Below, in pieces: positions 47,643-57,975 of a stretch of DNA of 64,000 nt. Origin of the DNA: Bacteriovoracaceae bacterium. Its GTDB lineage: Bacteria > Bdellovibrionota > Bacteriovoracia > Bacteriovoracales > Bacteriovoracaceae. The DNA is taken from the NCBI GenBank assembly GCA_018649885.1, contig JABIHA010000018.1, forward strand, positions 1 to 64,000, given 5' to 3'. The notes beneath the pieces are model-generated. The model had not been told where the DNA came from and ran no database searches. It saw only the letters and a list, made by a program, of their open reading frames with translations. Positions within the stretch are counted from its first letter, which is position 1. Every line of letters starts with the position of its first letter. The position numbers were made by a program, and so were the translations under genes.

Positions 47643-49159
47643 GGTTCAAGCTCCGTTCTCTCTGGCACTTTCACACCATCAAGCTTTAGTCTTTGATCTT
47701 TAAAACGGTGAATATTATTGTATGCACAGCCAGGCATTAGCCTTCCATCAGGAAGAGCATAGTGGGTGCAACATTTTCTAATTCTCGCAACATCAAAATC
47801 AAATTCATCCATAAAGGCGTGAATAAAAATGGCCTTAACTTTTGTTTCTGAGAGCTTCCACAACTGGTCTTGCTCTAGTGTACCGGCTTGCTGATATTCT
47901 TTTAAAATTGCTTTAAGTGATTTGAGAAGCCCCTCTGAGTCAACTGTTACTGATTGAGCTGACCAAAGGTTATAGATTGCATCTTGAATTAATTCCGATG
48001 CCTTATTATCAACATCCATGATCGCCCTATTGGTGAGAGCATCCATATAGACCGCTAAATCTCCAAAGTGAGTAAGAGGGACAAATTTCTTATCATCAAC
48101 TTTTAATACATAGGAAGCCGTATAGCATGATGGATGAGAACAAGGGATAGGTAGGAAATCTTCTTTTTCAAGCCAAGTGGATTGTTCTCCTATTAGCTTA
48201 TGAATATCATATTGAGTTAGCTTTTGTAATGGATCAGATGGAAATGATGTCCCACCTGCTCCAGTATAGGCAGCTGGTTGAAGAGTCACTGAAGTTATAA
48301 AATCTTTTGATAATGCAAAATCTATAATCTTACCTATTTCATGGTCATTATAACCTTTGGCAATTGTGGGAACTAATATTGTAGGGATATCAAACTCTTC
48401 ACAATGCTCAAGGCACTTCATTTTCAACTCTAAAAGGTTTTCACCTCTAATGGCGTGATAGTTTTTGTCTTCCATGGAATCAAATTGCAAAGACAGATAT
48501 AGACCTGCTTCTTTGAATTTTTTAGCAAACTCTCTATTTCTAGCAATTCTTAGTCCATGGGATGAAACCAAAACTCTTTTGATGTTTTTCTGGCTTGTGG
48601 CATACTCTGCTAATTTGAAAAAATCTGGATGAAGAGTTGGCTCTCCTCCACTTAAGAGCATTAATTCTAAACTGCCTTCTTTTTCAAGTAATCCATCAGT
48701 AACCTTTTTAAAGTCTTCTAAACTCATATCGTAATTATTTTCATTCCATACAATGCATATAGGGCATTTGAGATCACACTTATTACTTATCTCTACGATA
48801 GGTGAGCAGGTGTGTTGCTCATGATCCTCACACAGACCACAATCATCAGGACAGCCTTTTTCTACAGGTGTTGACCACTGCTTTGGCTTGGTGCCTGGTT
48901 TTGTGTAAGAAAGTGATTTCACCCAGTAGTTGATGTCTGAGCTTAATAATGCCTCAAATTCACCGTGGATCATGCACCTTTTTGAAAGTACAACTCGGCC
49001 ATCTCTGAAGATTACCTTTGCTTGAATTGTTCTTCTGCATTTTGGACAGATTGATTGTGTAGCGGTGAAAAATGCACCCTTACGATCTTCTTTGTCTTTA
49101 AACGTGTTATCACAGCAGTCCATTGAATTACTCCGTATTTTAGCTAAATTTAACTTCAA
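47639..49159 (-). CDS. Radical SAM enzyme of the tetraether synthase (Tes/GDGT-MAS) family
   Basis: TQSICPKC...KRCMIHG, GCPDDCGLCEDH, CDLKCPIC, SGGEPT, PCSHPSC, DVARIRKCCTHYALPDGRLMPGCAYN; alternative start ATG 49123. Confidence 0.8.
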   Translation of the reverse strand: MKLNLAKIRSNSMDCCDNTFKDKEDRKGAFFTATQSICPKCRRTIQAKVIFRDGRVVLSKRCMIHGEFEALLSSDINYWVKSLSYTKPGTKPKQWSTPVEKGCPDDCGLCEDHEQHTCSPIVEISNKCDLKCPICIVWNENNYDMSLEDFKKVTDGLLEKEGSLELMLLSGGEPTLHPDFFKLAEYATSQKNIKRVLVSSHGLRIARNREFAKKFKEAGLYLSLQFDSMEDKNYHAIRGENLLELKMKCLEHCEEFDIPTILVPTIAKGYNDHEIGKIIDFALSKDFITSVTLQPAAYTGAGGTSFPSDPLQKLTQYDIHKLIGEQSTWLEKEDFLPIPCSHPSCYTASYVLKVDDKKFVPLTHFGDLAVYMDALTNRAIMDVDNKASELIQDAIYNLWSAQSVTVDSEGLLKSLKAILKEYQQAGTLEQDQLWKLSETKVKAIFIHAFMDEFDFDVARIRKCCTHYALPDGRLMPGCAYNNIHRFKDQRLKLDGVKVPERTELEP

Positions 49160-49320
49160 AAATTTGTGTACCTAGATTCATAATATGACCAAAACGCATT
49201 TATTTCGAATGCTTAGCGTTCATGGTGTAATCTTTATAGGAAATACTCGGAAGTTGTCGGCTGCAATTGTTTACAGACTTTACAGCGGTAAAATTAATGG
49301 GAAGTTTTTACATAAAAAGG

Positions 49321-52300
49321 CTATTCAAAGAGGGATTCAAAGTCACTCATAGTGAGTCTTCCAGTGAAATATTGGTCATCATTATCTGCCAATAAATCTT
49401 GAAATAGCTCACGTTTGGCGTCTTGAAGTAAGAGTACTTTCTCTTCTACCGAGTCTTTGATAATAGGTCGGTATACGGTCAAGGTATTTTTTTGACCAAT
49501 CCTGTGGGCCCTATCAACGGCCTGTGATTCCACTGCAGGATTCCACCAAGGGTCCATCAAAAAGATATAGCTAGCTTGAGGAAGGTTTAGCCCCACGCCC
49601 CCAGCTTTTAGTGAAATAACAAAAATTGATGTCTTACCAGCTTGAAATTCTTCAATTTCTTTTTGACGTTTTTTAAAGTTTTGGCTGCCATCAATTCTAG
49701 AATATTTCCAATGTTTTTCTATAATCGCCTTTTGGATAATATCTAGATAGGAAGTAAATTGTGAAAATACTAGGACCTGGTGTCCTTCAGCTACAATTTG
49801 CTCTAGGTTTTCCATCAAAAAATCAACTTTTGTGGAAATATGATTAGCCGATTTTTGCCAAAGACACATTTGCCTTAGCTCTAAGAGGCCTTTTAAAATT
49901 TCGCCATACTTTTTCTTGGGGATGACATTTTTAATTCTTTCTTTGATTCGTGTTAAACCATTTTTATATTTATCTCTTTCAAGCTCACTAAAATTTAGAT
50001 AGACAACATTTTCAATTTTGTCAGGCAAGTCAGTTAGAACCTGAGCTTTCGTTCTTCTCAAAATAAAAGGTCTTGCTGTTTTCTTAGCCAGAAGTCTAGA
50101 CTTCTTAGTCGAGGTGGTCCTAATGAATTGGAGATCTCCCCATACGCCAGGTATAGATAAATCTAATATATTATAAAATTCAGAGAGGTCATTTTCTACT
50201 GGTGTACCAGTCAAACAGATTCTAAATCCAGCATTAATCTTCCTGGCGGCCATTGCCCCAAGGGACCTTATATTTTTTAGGTGTTGAACCTCATCTAGGA
50301 TAAATATATCGAAGAACTCTTCTTGGAAAATATTATCAGCTTCTTTTTTCATCACACCATAACTGGTGATAATAACTTTTGTATCTTTTGGATATTGTCT
50401 ATCTCCACCGTAATAAACAGAGTAATCAAGTGTCGAAAATTTGAGAATTTCTTTTTCCCAATTGAGAAGAATTGATACTGGGCATACTATAAGAACTTTT
50501 TTGATTTTATGGATGATACTTTCTAAGAACATTATTGTCTGAAGCGTTTTACCAAGACCCATATCATCTGCCAGACAGGCACCCAATTTATTTTCATGTA
50601 AAAATCGTAGCCAATTATAGCCAGTTACTTGGTAGTTTCGAGCAATATCTTTAAATATAGGAGGGGTATCATATTCAGGCATTTTATCAAGAGTGAGAAG
50701 TCTCTCACATAGTGCTTTTTCTTCGTCTGTTAGAATTCCATCAATGCCGAGTCTTTTAAGTTCGAAGAGCTCAAAAATCCTTGCTCGATTAAACGGAACT
50801 AGAAAATTCTTACCTTTCGTCTCTGAATTTTGACTCTCTTCGCTTTTTTCAAATTTAGTATATTTCTTCATGAATCTTAATAGATCTTTTTGATCCTTAT
50901 TCAGAAGTACTAAACCTGTTTTGGTGAGAGCGTATCCTTTGTCAGAATCGGCTCTTTTTATGATTTCAAAATCCTCTTCACTCATTTTGAGCTCTAGGTC
51001 AAACCAATCTAGCTTGAAATTTCTTCTTTCAAAGCGAATAGATGAATTCCATGTGCTGAGCTCTAATTTATCGTAGTAAATAGTGACACCGTAAGGAGTG
51101 ACTTTTTCAAAGAAACTTGAAATACCATCTAGCAAACTTCCTGTGGGAATTTCCAACTGAAGGGTATGATCTTCACTAATATACTTTGAGTAGCGAAATG
51201 AATTGACCCCAAAATTTGAAAAAATGGATTCAAAAATCAGTTTAAAAAATTGGCCATCGTATTTTATAAGTTTCTCATCGACATGATGATAAGAATAAAA
51301 TGTTTTGTCATCCAAGAGGTTCTTACAAAGTGATGTAACGGTTGCCCTTTCATTGGAAGTTCGCAAAACACTTGTATAGGGGTCAGACCTATTTTCAATA
51401 CTTTCAAAGAATTTCTCTACAAACTCTGTCGCATCAATTTTTCTTTTAAATGTAGCAAGGTAGCCACCTTCAAAACAAAAGAGCTTGAGTCCCTTGTGAA
51501 AGGGAAGTATTAGATCGTTGTCGTCATGGAGAACTATTTCTACTGAGAGATGATTTTTTCTTGTGGCCTTTTGGATGCTAATTCTTGTGTGGGTGTCTTT
51601 GATTTCTAATTCATTTAATTTCTTTCCAGAAACTTTTAAATCCAGAATATCCATTTCAACTAGATTGCTGGTTACACTTAGGTAATCTTCAATATCATGA
51701 GGTGAATTTTCGGATCTTAATTTTCTAATAAAATCTTTTAGCTCAATTGGCAGGTGATATGACTTCCCACCTTTCCAGTCATAGAGGTAGAGATTTTCAA
51801 AAACTGTTATTTCCCCGACTTCTTCTCCATCAGCTAATTGATAGGAAAACTTCCTATTCCAGTAGGGGACTCCACCAATTTGATCTTCTTTTAAATTTAC
51901 AACCAATTTTCCTTCAAACTTAACGGGAAGAGGAAATTGAATTGATTTAGAACGATCTGCTAACCAGTAAAATAGTGATGAATAAGTGGAATTAGGAGGT
52001 GCCCCTTTAAGTCTTTGAGCCGAATCAATTATTGTGCCGTATTCATTGATAGAGACGGCACTGAGATCAGAAAGTGATGTGGGAACATTGAGATTAATTT
52101 GAGTACCAAGGGACTTGAGCCTGAATTCAATAAATAGTGCAAGAGCATGGATGCAATGATGATCTGCTCTCCACTCTCTACAGCTACAATAAGAGCGCAT
52201 AGGACCTTCTGCACTTCCTTCCAGCCGTTTCTTATAAGTCAGCCGGCTTTCGGCAATAGGCGAGTCTTTTATTATGCCTGAAATAATATAAAACTCATCC

Positions 52301-52347
52301 GAGTTGTGTTTGATAAAAGACAGGTTAACCTTGCCTCCTAAGCACAC
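49321..52347 (-). CDS. SWIM-domain SNF2-family helicase/ATPase
   Basis: CSC...CIH SWIM; LADDMGLGKT, DEVQ, LTGTPVEN, DPWWNPAVESQAVDRAHRIGQ; frame stays open upstream to 52470. Confidence 0.93.
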   Translation of the reverse strand: MCLGGKVNLSFIKHNSDEFYIISGIIKDSPIAESRLTYKKRLEGSAEGPMRSYCSCREWRADHHCIHALALFIEFRLKSLGTQINLNVPTSLSDLSAVSINEYGTIIDSAQRLKGAPPNSTYSSLFYWLADRSKSIQFPLPVKFEGKLVVNLKEDQIGGVPYWNRKFSYQLADGEEVGEITVFENLYLYDWKGGKSYHLPIELKDFIRKLRSENSPHDIEDYLSVTSNLVEMDILDLKVSGKKLNELEIKDTHTRISIQKATRKNHLSVEIVLHDDNDLILPFHKGLKLFCFEGGYLATFKRKIDATEFVEKFFESIENRSDPYTSVLRTSNERATVTSLCKNLLDDKTFYSYHHVDEKLIKYDGQFFKLIFESIFSNFGVNSFRYSKYISEDHTLQLEIPTGSLLDGISSFFEKVTPYGVTIYYDKLELSTWNSSIRFERRNFKLDWFDLELKMSEEDFEIIKRADSDKGYALTKTGLVLLNKDQKDLLRFMKKYTKFEKSEESQNSETKGKNFLVPFNRARIFELFELKRLGIDGILTDEEKALCERLLTLDKMPEYDTPPIFKDIARNYQVTGYNWLRFLHENKLGACLADDMGLGKTLQTIMFLESIIHKIKKVLIVCPVSILLNWEKEILKFSTLDYSVYYGGDRQYPKDTKVIITSYGVMKKEADNIFQEEFFDIFILDEVQHLKNIRSLGAMAARKINAGFRICLTGTPVENDLSEFYNILDLSIPGVWGDLQFIRTTSTKKSRLLAKKTARPFILRRTKAQVLTDLPDKIENVVYLNFSELERDKYKNGLTRIKERIKNVIPKKKYGEILKGLLELRQMCLWQKSANHISTKVDFLMENLEQIVAEGHQVLVFSQFTSYLDIIQKAIIEKHWKYSRIDGSQNFKKRQKEIEEFQAGKTSIFVISLKAGGVGLNLPQASYIFLMDPWWNPAVESQAVDRAHRIGQKNTLTVYRPIIKDSVEEKVLLLQDAKRELFQDLLADNDDQYFTGRLTMSDFESLFE

Positions 52348-52680
52348 TTGGCTGGCAGAATTATAGTTTATCTGAGGAAAATACTCGGTGGCCTGAGTAT
52401 GAATTTCTCTAGGAATTAAAGGACTTAGGGCTTTCTCGGGGCTGCTAATAGCTGATCTCCAAAATTTAACTCAAAAGTCTATTGTAACACCTACTTCACC
52501 CTAAGGCCTTAGGTCCTTTGTGCCTCTAAACAAATAATTTCAAAAAAAATGGAAAAAGATTGGTGTATTAATCTAGTTATTCGACCCCAGGCTGCCGCTG
52601 TTGCTTCCTTTTTTCAAGATATATAAAAATCTCTGTGTGGTAGGGTTTTTTGAATTTGATTAGTGGATTAATTGAATTTA

Positions 52681-52707
52681 GCGCTGCCCATGGTTTTAAG
52701 GCAGCGC
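52681..52707 (-). terminator. Hairpin downstream of rpoD
   Basis: GCGCTGCC...GGCAGCGC stem about 20 nt after the rpoD stop. Confidence 0.5.
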
Positions 52708-52727
52708 CAAGTTCAAATAAGATTGAT

Positions 52728-54479
52728 TTAATTATCGATGTAGGATTTTAAAAGTTTTGATCTTGAGGGGTGGCGAAGTTTTCTAAGGGCCTTGGCCTCA
52801 ATTTGTCTAATACGTTCACGAGTTACAAAGAAGTCTTGCCCAACCTCTTCAAGAGTGTGATCCGATTTCTCACCAATACCAAAACGCATTCTAAGAACTT
52901 TTTCTTCTCTAGGAGTTAATGTTGAGAGAACTGCTCTCGTTTGCTCTGAGAGCGTGATACTCATGACTGCATCTTGGGGTGAGATAATCTTCTTATCCTC
53001 AATGAAATCGCCAAGTGAGCTATCTTCTTCTTCTCCAATCGGAGTTTCAAGAGAGATAGGCTCTTTTGATATCTTTAATACCTTTTTGACTTTATCAACT
53101 GGAAGCTCCATCTTTTCAGCAATTTCTTCAGGACTTGGCTCTCTACCGAGTTCCTGGATAAGCTGACGTGACGTACGAACTAGTTTGTTAATAGTCTCAA
53201 TCATGTGCACTGGAATTCTAATTGTTCTGGCTTGGTCAGCAATTGCTCTTGTGATGGCCTGTCTAATCCACCAAGTGGCGTAGGTTGAAAATTTATAACC
53301 ACGTCTGTACTCAAATTTATCAACAGCTTTCATGAGCCCAATATTACCTTCTTGAATCAGATCAAGAAATTGAAGTCCACGATTTGTATATTTTTTGGCA
53401 ATTGATACCACTAGTCTTAGGTTGGCCTCAACAAGTCTTGCTTTGGCATCATCAGCTTTTTCTTCACCTTTAATAATAATCTTGTAAACTTTTTCAAGCT
53501 CTTCAAACTCCATTCCCACTTCAAGAGAAAGTCTTCTAAATTTTCTAAGATTATCTTCTTGGTTTCTAATGAGTTGCTCAATTTTAGCGTCATTAGTGTA
53601 AAGATTTTTGGCAAAGGATCTTTTGAAAGCATCACTTTCCATAACCTTATCGTAGAGCTCTCTGTATTCTTCAAGGTTACCAACTTCAAGAAATTTGAAG
53701 ATACGATCTTGGTTTTCAAATAACAGCTTAAACTTAAGAAAGTAGCTCTTCACTGGTTCAACAAAGCTGTTGATGATTTTTCTATTGAAAGTTAGATCTA
53801 CTAGCTTTTGACCGATTTCTTGATATTTAACTTTCTGCTCATCAGTGAGAACCTTGAATGTTCCATCTTCGTTAGAAGTTTCATATAGGAGATTTGCGAT
53901 ACTTTCACAAACGCCGTAAATAACATTTTTGGTTTTTACAATGTCTTCAGCAGGTGACTCATCATCAAGTCCTCTCACAAGGTCTTTTACGTATTCGTTT
54001 GTATTTTCTACACTTTCAATTTTATCTTTTAGCTTTATGATTTCAGCTAAGCCGTGAGTTGAAGATAGAGTGGAGAGAACAATTTCTTTTTCACCTTCTT
54101 CAATTTCTTTAGCAATAACAACTTCGCCTTCTCTGGTAAGAAGTGCAACGGAGCCCATTTTCTTAAGATAAAGTTTTACAGGATCTGTTGAAGCTGTGCG
54201 GAGCTCTTCTTTTTCAGCTCTCGATAGTGCTTCTTCAATAATTTCTGTGCCATCAAGTCTGATGCCTTCATCTTCTTCTTCAACTTCTTTTTCTGATGTT
54301 TGGATTTCAATCTTGGCCTTGCTTAGCTCCATGACAATACTGTCTACAGAGGCAGCCTCGACAATGTTTGCAGGAATTGCATCATTGACTTCGTCCGGCG
54401 TTAGAAAGCCTTGGTCTTTGCCTTTAACCAAAAGCTTTGAAAATTCTTTTGAGCTTATAAAGGCCATTATTACTGACAT
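52728..54479 (-). CDS. rpoD: RNA polymerase primary sigma factor
   Basis: [57 protein letters not shown]. Confidence 0.98.
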   Translation of the reverse strand: MSVIMAFISSKEFSKLLVKGKDQGFLTPDEVNDAIPANIVEAASVDSIVMELSKAKIEIQTSEKEVEEEDEGIRLDGTEIIEEALSRAEKEELRTASTDPVKLYLKKMGSVALLTREGEVVIAKEIEEGEKEIVLSTLSSTHGLAEIIKLKDKIESVENTNEYVKDLVRGLDDESPAEDIVKTKNVIYGVCESIANLLYETSNEDGTFKVLTDEQKVKYQEIGQKLVDLTFNRKIINSFVEPVKSYFLKFKLLFENQDRIFKFLEVGNLEEYRELYDKVMESDAFKRSFAKNLYTNDAKIEQLIRNQEDNLRKFRRLSLEVGMEFEELEKVYKIIIKGEEKADDAKARLVEANLRLVVSIAKKYTNRGLQFLDLIQEGNIGLMKAVDKFEYRRGYKFSTYATWWIRQAITRAIADQARTIRIPVHMIETINKLVRTSRQLIQELGREPSPEEIAEKMELPVDKVKKVLKISKEPISLETPIGEEEDSSLGDFIEDKKIISPQDAVMSITLSEQTRAVLSTLTPREEKVLRMRFGIGEKSDHTLEEVGQDFFVTRERIRQIEAKALRKLRHPSRSKLLKSYIDN

Positions 54480-54500
54480 GTAAATCCTTGTGTTAAATGA

Positions 54501-56426
54501 TTATTTTTCTAATAGTCCAAATTGTATTTTTTTAGCTTTTTTAATTTTGTTAAGCTCTTTTTCAATGGAGGTAATATCCCTTAAAAGTTGATCTTGGTCG
54601 TCGTCAGTGACAACAGACTTTTGCCTTTTCAAAATTTCTGCTTTTTCGGCCCTCAATTTTTCCTCAGCAAGTCTATTATTTAAATCTGATAAAACTCTTT
54701 CACATTGTCTGGAGTCGAGTTTTTTCGTCTCTTGTCTAAAAATTGTTGTGGAGATAATCTCCCTAAGCTCCAAGGAGTACTCCTCACTGCTAACCGCATC
54801 GATTAGAAGACGAGGTAGCTCTTTCTCATCAACTTCCCAAATCATCTCTTTCATAAGGTGAAACACCCTTTTTATCTCATCATTAGCCAGATTATCAAGT
54901 ATTTCCGCGCTTTTGGGGTGTTCTAAAATTTCGGGGTGTCCGACAATTTGCTGTAAAACAACCTTATTGGCCTTGCTCATTTGGGTGCTGATTTCCATTG
55001 GAGAATTTTGCATAGCAGAGGGTTCGAGGTTTATTGGTTCAAACTCGCGATTTGGTAAAGGCGGCTCAGACTCAATTTTAGTTTTAACTTGTGGCTTACT
55101 ACTCCATTTCTTATTCTTTTCAAGAAACTCTTTGTAGCTATCTATAATTTGTGAGGGCTGGGAGCTTAGGCCCAATATTTTTGAATATTTAACTGCAATT
55201 TCAGAGGCATAGAGCTCATCTCCCAGAGGGGAAATAAGTCCAAATATGTCTTCTAGGAAGGCCAATTTGGTGTCGAGGTTGGCATCTTTTCCAGTTGAAA
55301 TCAGCTCACTGATTTCCATTTCAAGTAAGACTGGCGCATTTTCGAGTTTTTCTTTAAGTCCCAAAGCTCCTTCAGCTGCCAAGTATTCATCTGGATCTTT
55401 TTGAGGGGAAAATTCTAAAAATTTGGGTGAGATTCCCTGCTTGAGAAGTTCTACTAATATCCGGCTTGAAGCCTTCCTCCCCGCATCATCGGAGTCTAGT
55501 GCCAATACAAATTGACCCGTGCCTACAAATGATTTTAGATTTTTGATTGCTCTCTCGCCGAGTGCTGTTCCCATTATTGCCACCGTTTCAGTGAATCCAT
55601 GCCGATGCATTGAGATTGCATCCATATAGCCTTCTACAAGTATGACTTGGCCTTTCTCACGAATACTTTGTTTTGCAAGATGAAGGCCATAGAGAATGTC
55701 TTTCTTGTGGAAAATAAAGGAATCTTTTGAATTTATGTATTTACCTTTCTGCCCTTCTACCGTTGCCCTAGAGCCAAAGCCCACAGTCTGTCCCCTTAGG
55801 TCACAAATAGGGAAGATAATGCGCTTATTGAAGGTATCATAATGGGACTTGTCACCATAAGAGCTAGGGGAGATGACAGCAATTTGCTCGGCAATGTGAA
55901 AGGCGCGCCCGCGATCTGATTCAGGAATAGATTGCAAATAATTATAAAGGTGACTGCCTTCAGGACAGATTCCGAGTTTAAAATTTGCAGCTACATCTTC
56001 AGGTATATCTCTATCTTTCAAAAAGCTTTGAAAACTCTCAAACTGAGCTGTAAGGGCCAATTTGCGGTAGAGTTTAGTGGCACTGGTAAGGATTTTCTGT
56101 GCAGTCACTACATTGGGGTTTTGATTTTTCTTTTGTTCAAGTGAAGAGATGTCGATATTGAGAACGCCTGCGCATTCAATCAAGGCCTCTCTAAAAGGAA
56201 TATTTTTCAATTTCTCTACGAAAGTGATGTGGTCACCTCCGGTATCACAAGCAAAACAGCGAAAGAGTCCAAGCTTATCACTAACACTCATAGAAGGCTT
56301 GCTATCGCTGTGAAATGGGCACAGGCCCATTACTGACGTACCTCTTGTCTGAAGAGGTATGTAGTGACCAATCAGTCTTGAGATTGGAGTTTCTTTAATT
56401 TGAAGTCTTACTTCATCTCTACTCAT
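54501..56426 (-). CDS. dnaG: DNA primase
   Basis: CPFH...CFAC zinc finger, KYINS, VEGYMD, DSDDAG, KDPDE. Confidence 0.97.
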   Translation of the reverse strand: MSRDEVRLQIKETPISRLIGHYIPLQTRGTSVMGLCPFHSDSKPSMSVSDKLGLFRCFACDTGGDHITFVEKLKNIPFREALIECAGVLNIDISSLEQKKNQNPNVVTAQKILTSATKLYRKLALTAQFESFQSFLKDRDIPEDVAANFKLGICPEGSHLYNYLQSIPESDRGRAFHIAEQIAVISPSSYGDKSHYDTFNKRIIFPICDLRGQTVGFGSRATVEGQKGKYINSKDSFIFHKKDILYGLHLAKQSIREKGQVILVEGYMDAISMHRHGFTETVAIMGTALGERAIKNLKSFVGTGQFVLALDSDDAGRKASSRILVELLKQGISPKFLEFSPQKDPDEYLAAEGALGLKEKLENAPVLLEMEISELISTGKDANLDTKLAFLEDIFGLISPLGDELYASEIAVKYSKILGLSSQPSQIIDSYKEFLEKNKKWSSKPQVKTKIESEPPLPNREFEPINLEPSAMQNSPMEISTQMSKANKVVLQQIVGHPEILEHPKSAEILDNLANDEIKRVFHLMKEMIWEVDEKELPRLLIDAVSSEEYSLELREIISTTIFRQETKKLDSRQCERVLSDLNNRLAEEKLRAEKAEILKRQKSVVTDDDQDQLLRDITSIEKELNKIKKAKKIQFGLLEK

Positions 56427-57190
56427 TGGATTCCTAGACTAGGCTTAATTGGTTTTAAGACGATTCCTTTTATTGGAGTGTTTTGTTTTAAAAATATTTT
56501 TTCAAATTTTGTTTCAAAACTACTGAGAAAATGTGCGGGATGTTCTGCTCTTAAATCTTCACTATAGAGCTCAATTTCAAATCGACCCTCAAGCTCTTCT
56601 TTTAATGCAAATTCTTTCATCCATCTTGCGTAAGTTAGGTGGTCAGTTTTAATAAACATTTTTCCATCAGGCTTAAGTATTTTCCAAACTTCCTTGAGAA
56701 ATGGCGTTTGAAAGAGCCTTTTTTTATTATGTCTTTTTTTAGGCCATGGATCTGGAAAGAAAAAGTAAAACTCGTCTACTTCATTTTCAGAAAAAATATG
56801 TCCAACTCTCTCGCCCTTAGCTCGAAGGTAGCGAAAGTTTTTATTTTCAATATTTTTTAATTGTCTGGCTAAATTGAAACTTCTTTTAAATCTATAATCG
56901 AGTCCTACAAAATTAATATTTGGATTTTTTTGACAAAAATCCAGCATAAAGTGTCCATAACCTGATCCTACTTCAACATGCAGTGGAGCAGACTTATTAA
57001 AAACTTTTTCACACCAAAGGCCACAGTTTTTTTCACCCTCCTGATCAAGGAGAACAAGGCCTTCAAATTCTTTGAGTTTGTCGTGATAAATATTTTTGTG
57101 GGAGTATTTGAAATCTTCGTTATAGGACCTATCTACTTTGTGATCACCTCTTAGGAGTTCAGCCGGAACGATTTCTTCGGTTTGTAGCAT
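56423..57190 (-). CDS. trmB: tRNA (guanine-N7)-methyltransferase
   Basis: EVGSGYG, FPDPWPKKRH, KTD, TKFEK. Confidence 0.94.
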   Translation of the reverse strand: MLQTEEIVPAELLRGDHKVDRSYNEDFKYSHKNIYHDKLKEFEGLVLLDQEGEKNCGLWCEKVFNKSAPLHVEVGSGYGHFMLDFCQKNPNINFVGLDYRFKRSFNLARQLKNIENKNFRYLRAKGERVGHIFSENEVDEFYFFFPDPWPKKRHNKKRLFQTPFLKEVWKILKPDGKMFIKTDHLTYARWMKEFALKEELEGRFEIELYSEDLRAEHPAHFLSSFETKFEKIFLKQNTPIKGIVLKPIKPSLGIQ

Positions 57191-57287
57191 TGTGCGCCTC
57201 GCTAGGGGTAACAGATTCTAAATCATACCTCTAACAAATTACAAAATTTGTGTCAATGTCACGCCGAGCGTTAAGTCCTCTAGTTTG

Positions 57288-57533
57288 CTACTTTTTTGAG
57301 CCAGAAATAAGAGATTCGATGATCATAGCGGCTTTTTTCAGTGAATCCGGGTCAGAGCCTATGGATTCACTGATTTTTTTCAAAAGCTCCCCGATCGCCA
57401 CTTTGTCTTTGGTGTGATCTTTGGGCCCTTTTTTCTTGAACTCTACCACTTCGCAAACTCTACTTGAGTTTGCGCCTCTCTCATTAGTTGTATCGACTAA
57501 TTTATTTCTGTCGTACTTTGCACCCATAGTCAT
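57288..57533 (-). CDS. Hypothetical protein
   Basis: ORF with AAGGT RBS, co-oriented with neighbours. Confidence 0.55.
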   Translation of the reverse strand: MTMGAKYDRNKLVDTTNERGANSSRVCEVVEFKKKGPKDHTKDKVAIGELLKKISESIGSDPDSLKKAAMIIESLISGSKK

Positions 57534-57540
57534 TTACCTT

Positions 57541-57762
57541 CTAGGCCGTAGGTTCTATTGGACGTCTTTTCTGTAAATTGGCCACTTTCTTTACGTGATC
57601 TTCAATCAAGTGAAATAGCTCTAGCTTTGTTGTTCTAGGATCAATTTCTTCGGGAAGGGCAGAGTAGATAAAATCGCCATCAATTTCAGAAAACACATAC
57701 CAAGTTTTTCCGAGTTTTTGGAAAAGCACTTCTTGTTCTTGTTGTTTTGGATTTACATTCAT
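57541..57762 (-). CDS. Hypothetical protein
   Basis: GGAGG RBS; globular-looking sequence FQKLGKTWYVFSE. Confidence 0.7.
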   Translation of the reverse strand: MNVNPKQQEQEVLFQKLGKTWYVFSEIDGDFIYSALPEEIDPRTTKLELFHLIEDHVKKVANLQKRRPIEPTA

Positions 57763-57975
57763 TGAGCTAACCTCCGTGTCAATTGCTCATCATCTCTTCC
57801 TAAGATGAAATACATGCTAGATTTATCGACTCAGCATGTCGAAACTTTAGACATTTTTTTCTTTTATTTATCCGAAGTTAAACAGTTGGTTTTGGCCTCT
57901 AATGCATTAAAAAAAGAAGAGTTTCCGAGTGAAAAGCTGGGCTTTGTGGCCAGCATTTATGCAGTTCTAAAAAGT

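Noticed and set aside
47639..49159. Radical SAM as MoaA or a RiPP maturase
   Set aside because: No MoaA C-terminal CxxC-x13-C/GG signature, no SPASM pattern or adjacent precursor peptide; N- and C-terminal motifs fit the Tes family
52500..52513. 14-bp palindrome CCTAAGGCCTTAGG upstream of SNF2 gene
   Set aside because: Single short occurrence with no supporting context; could be chance
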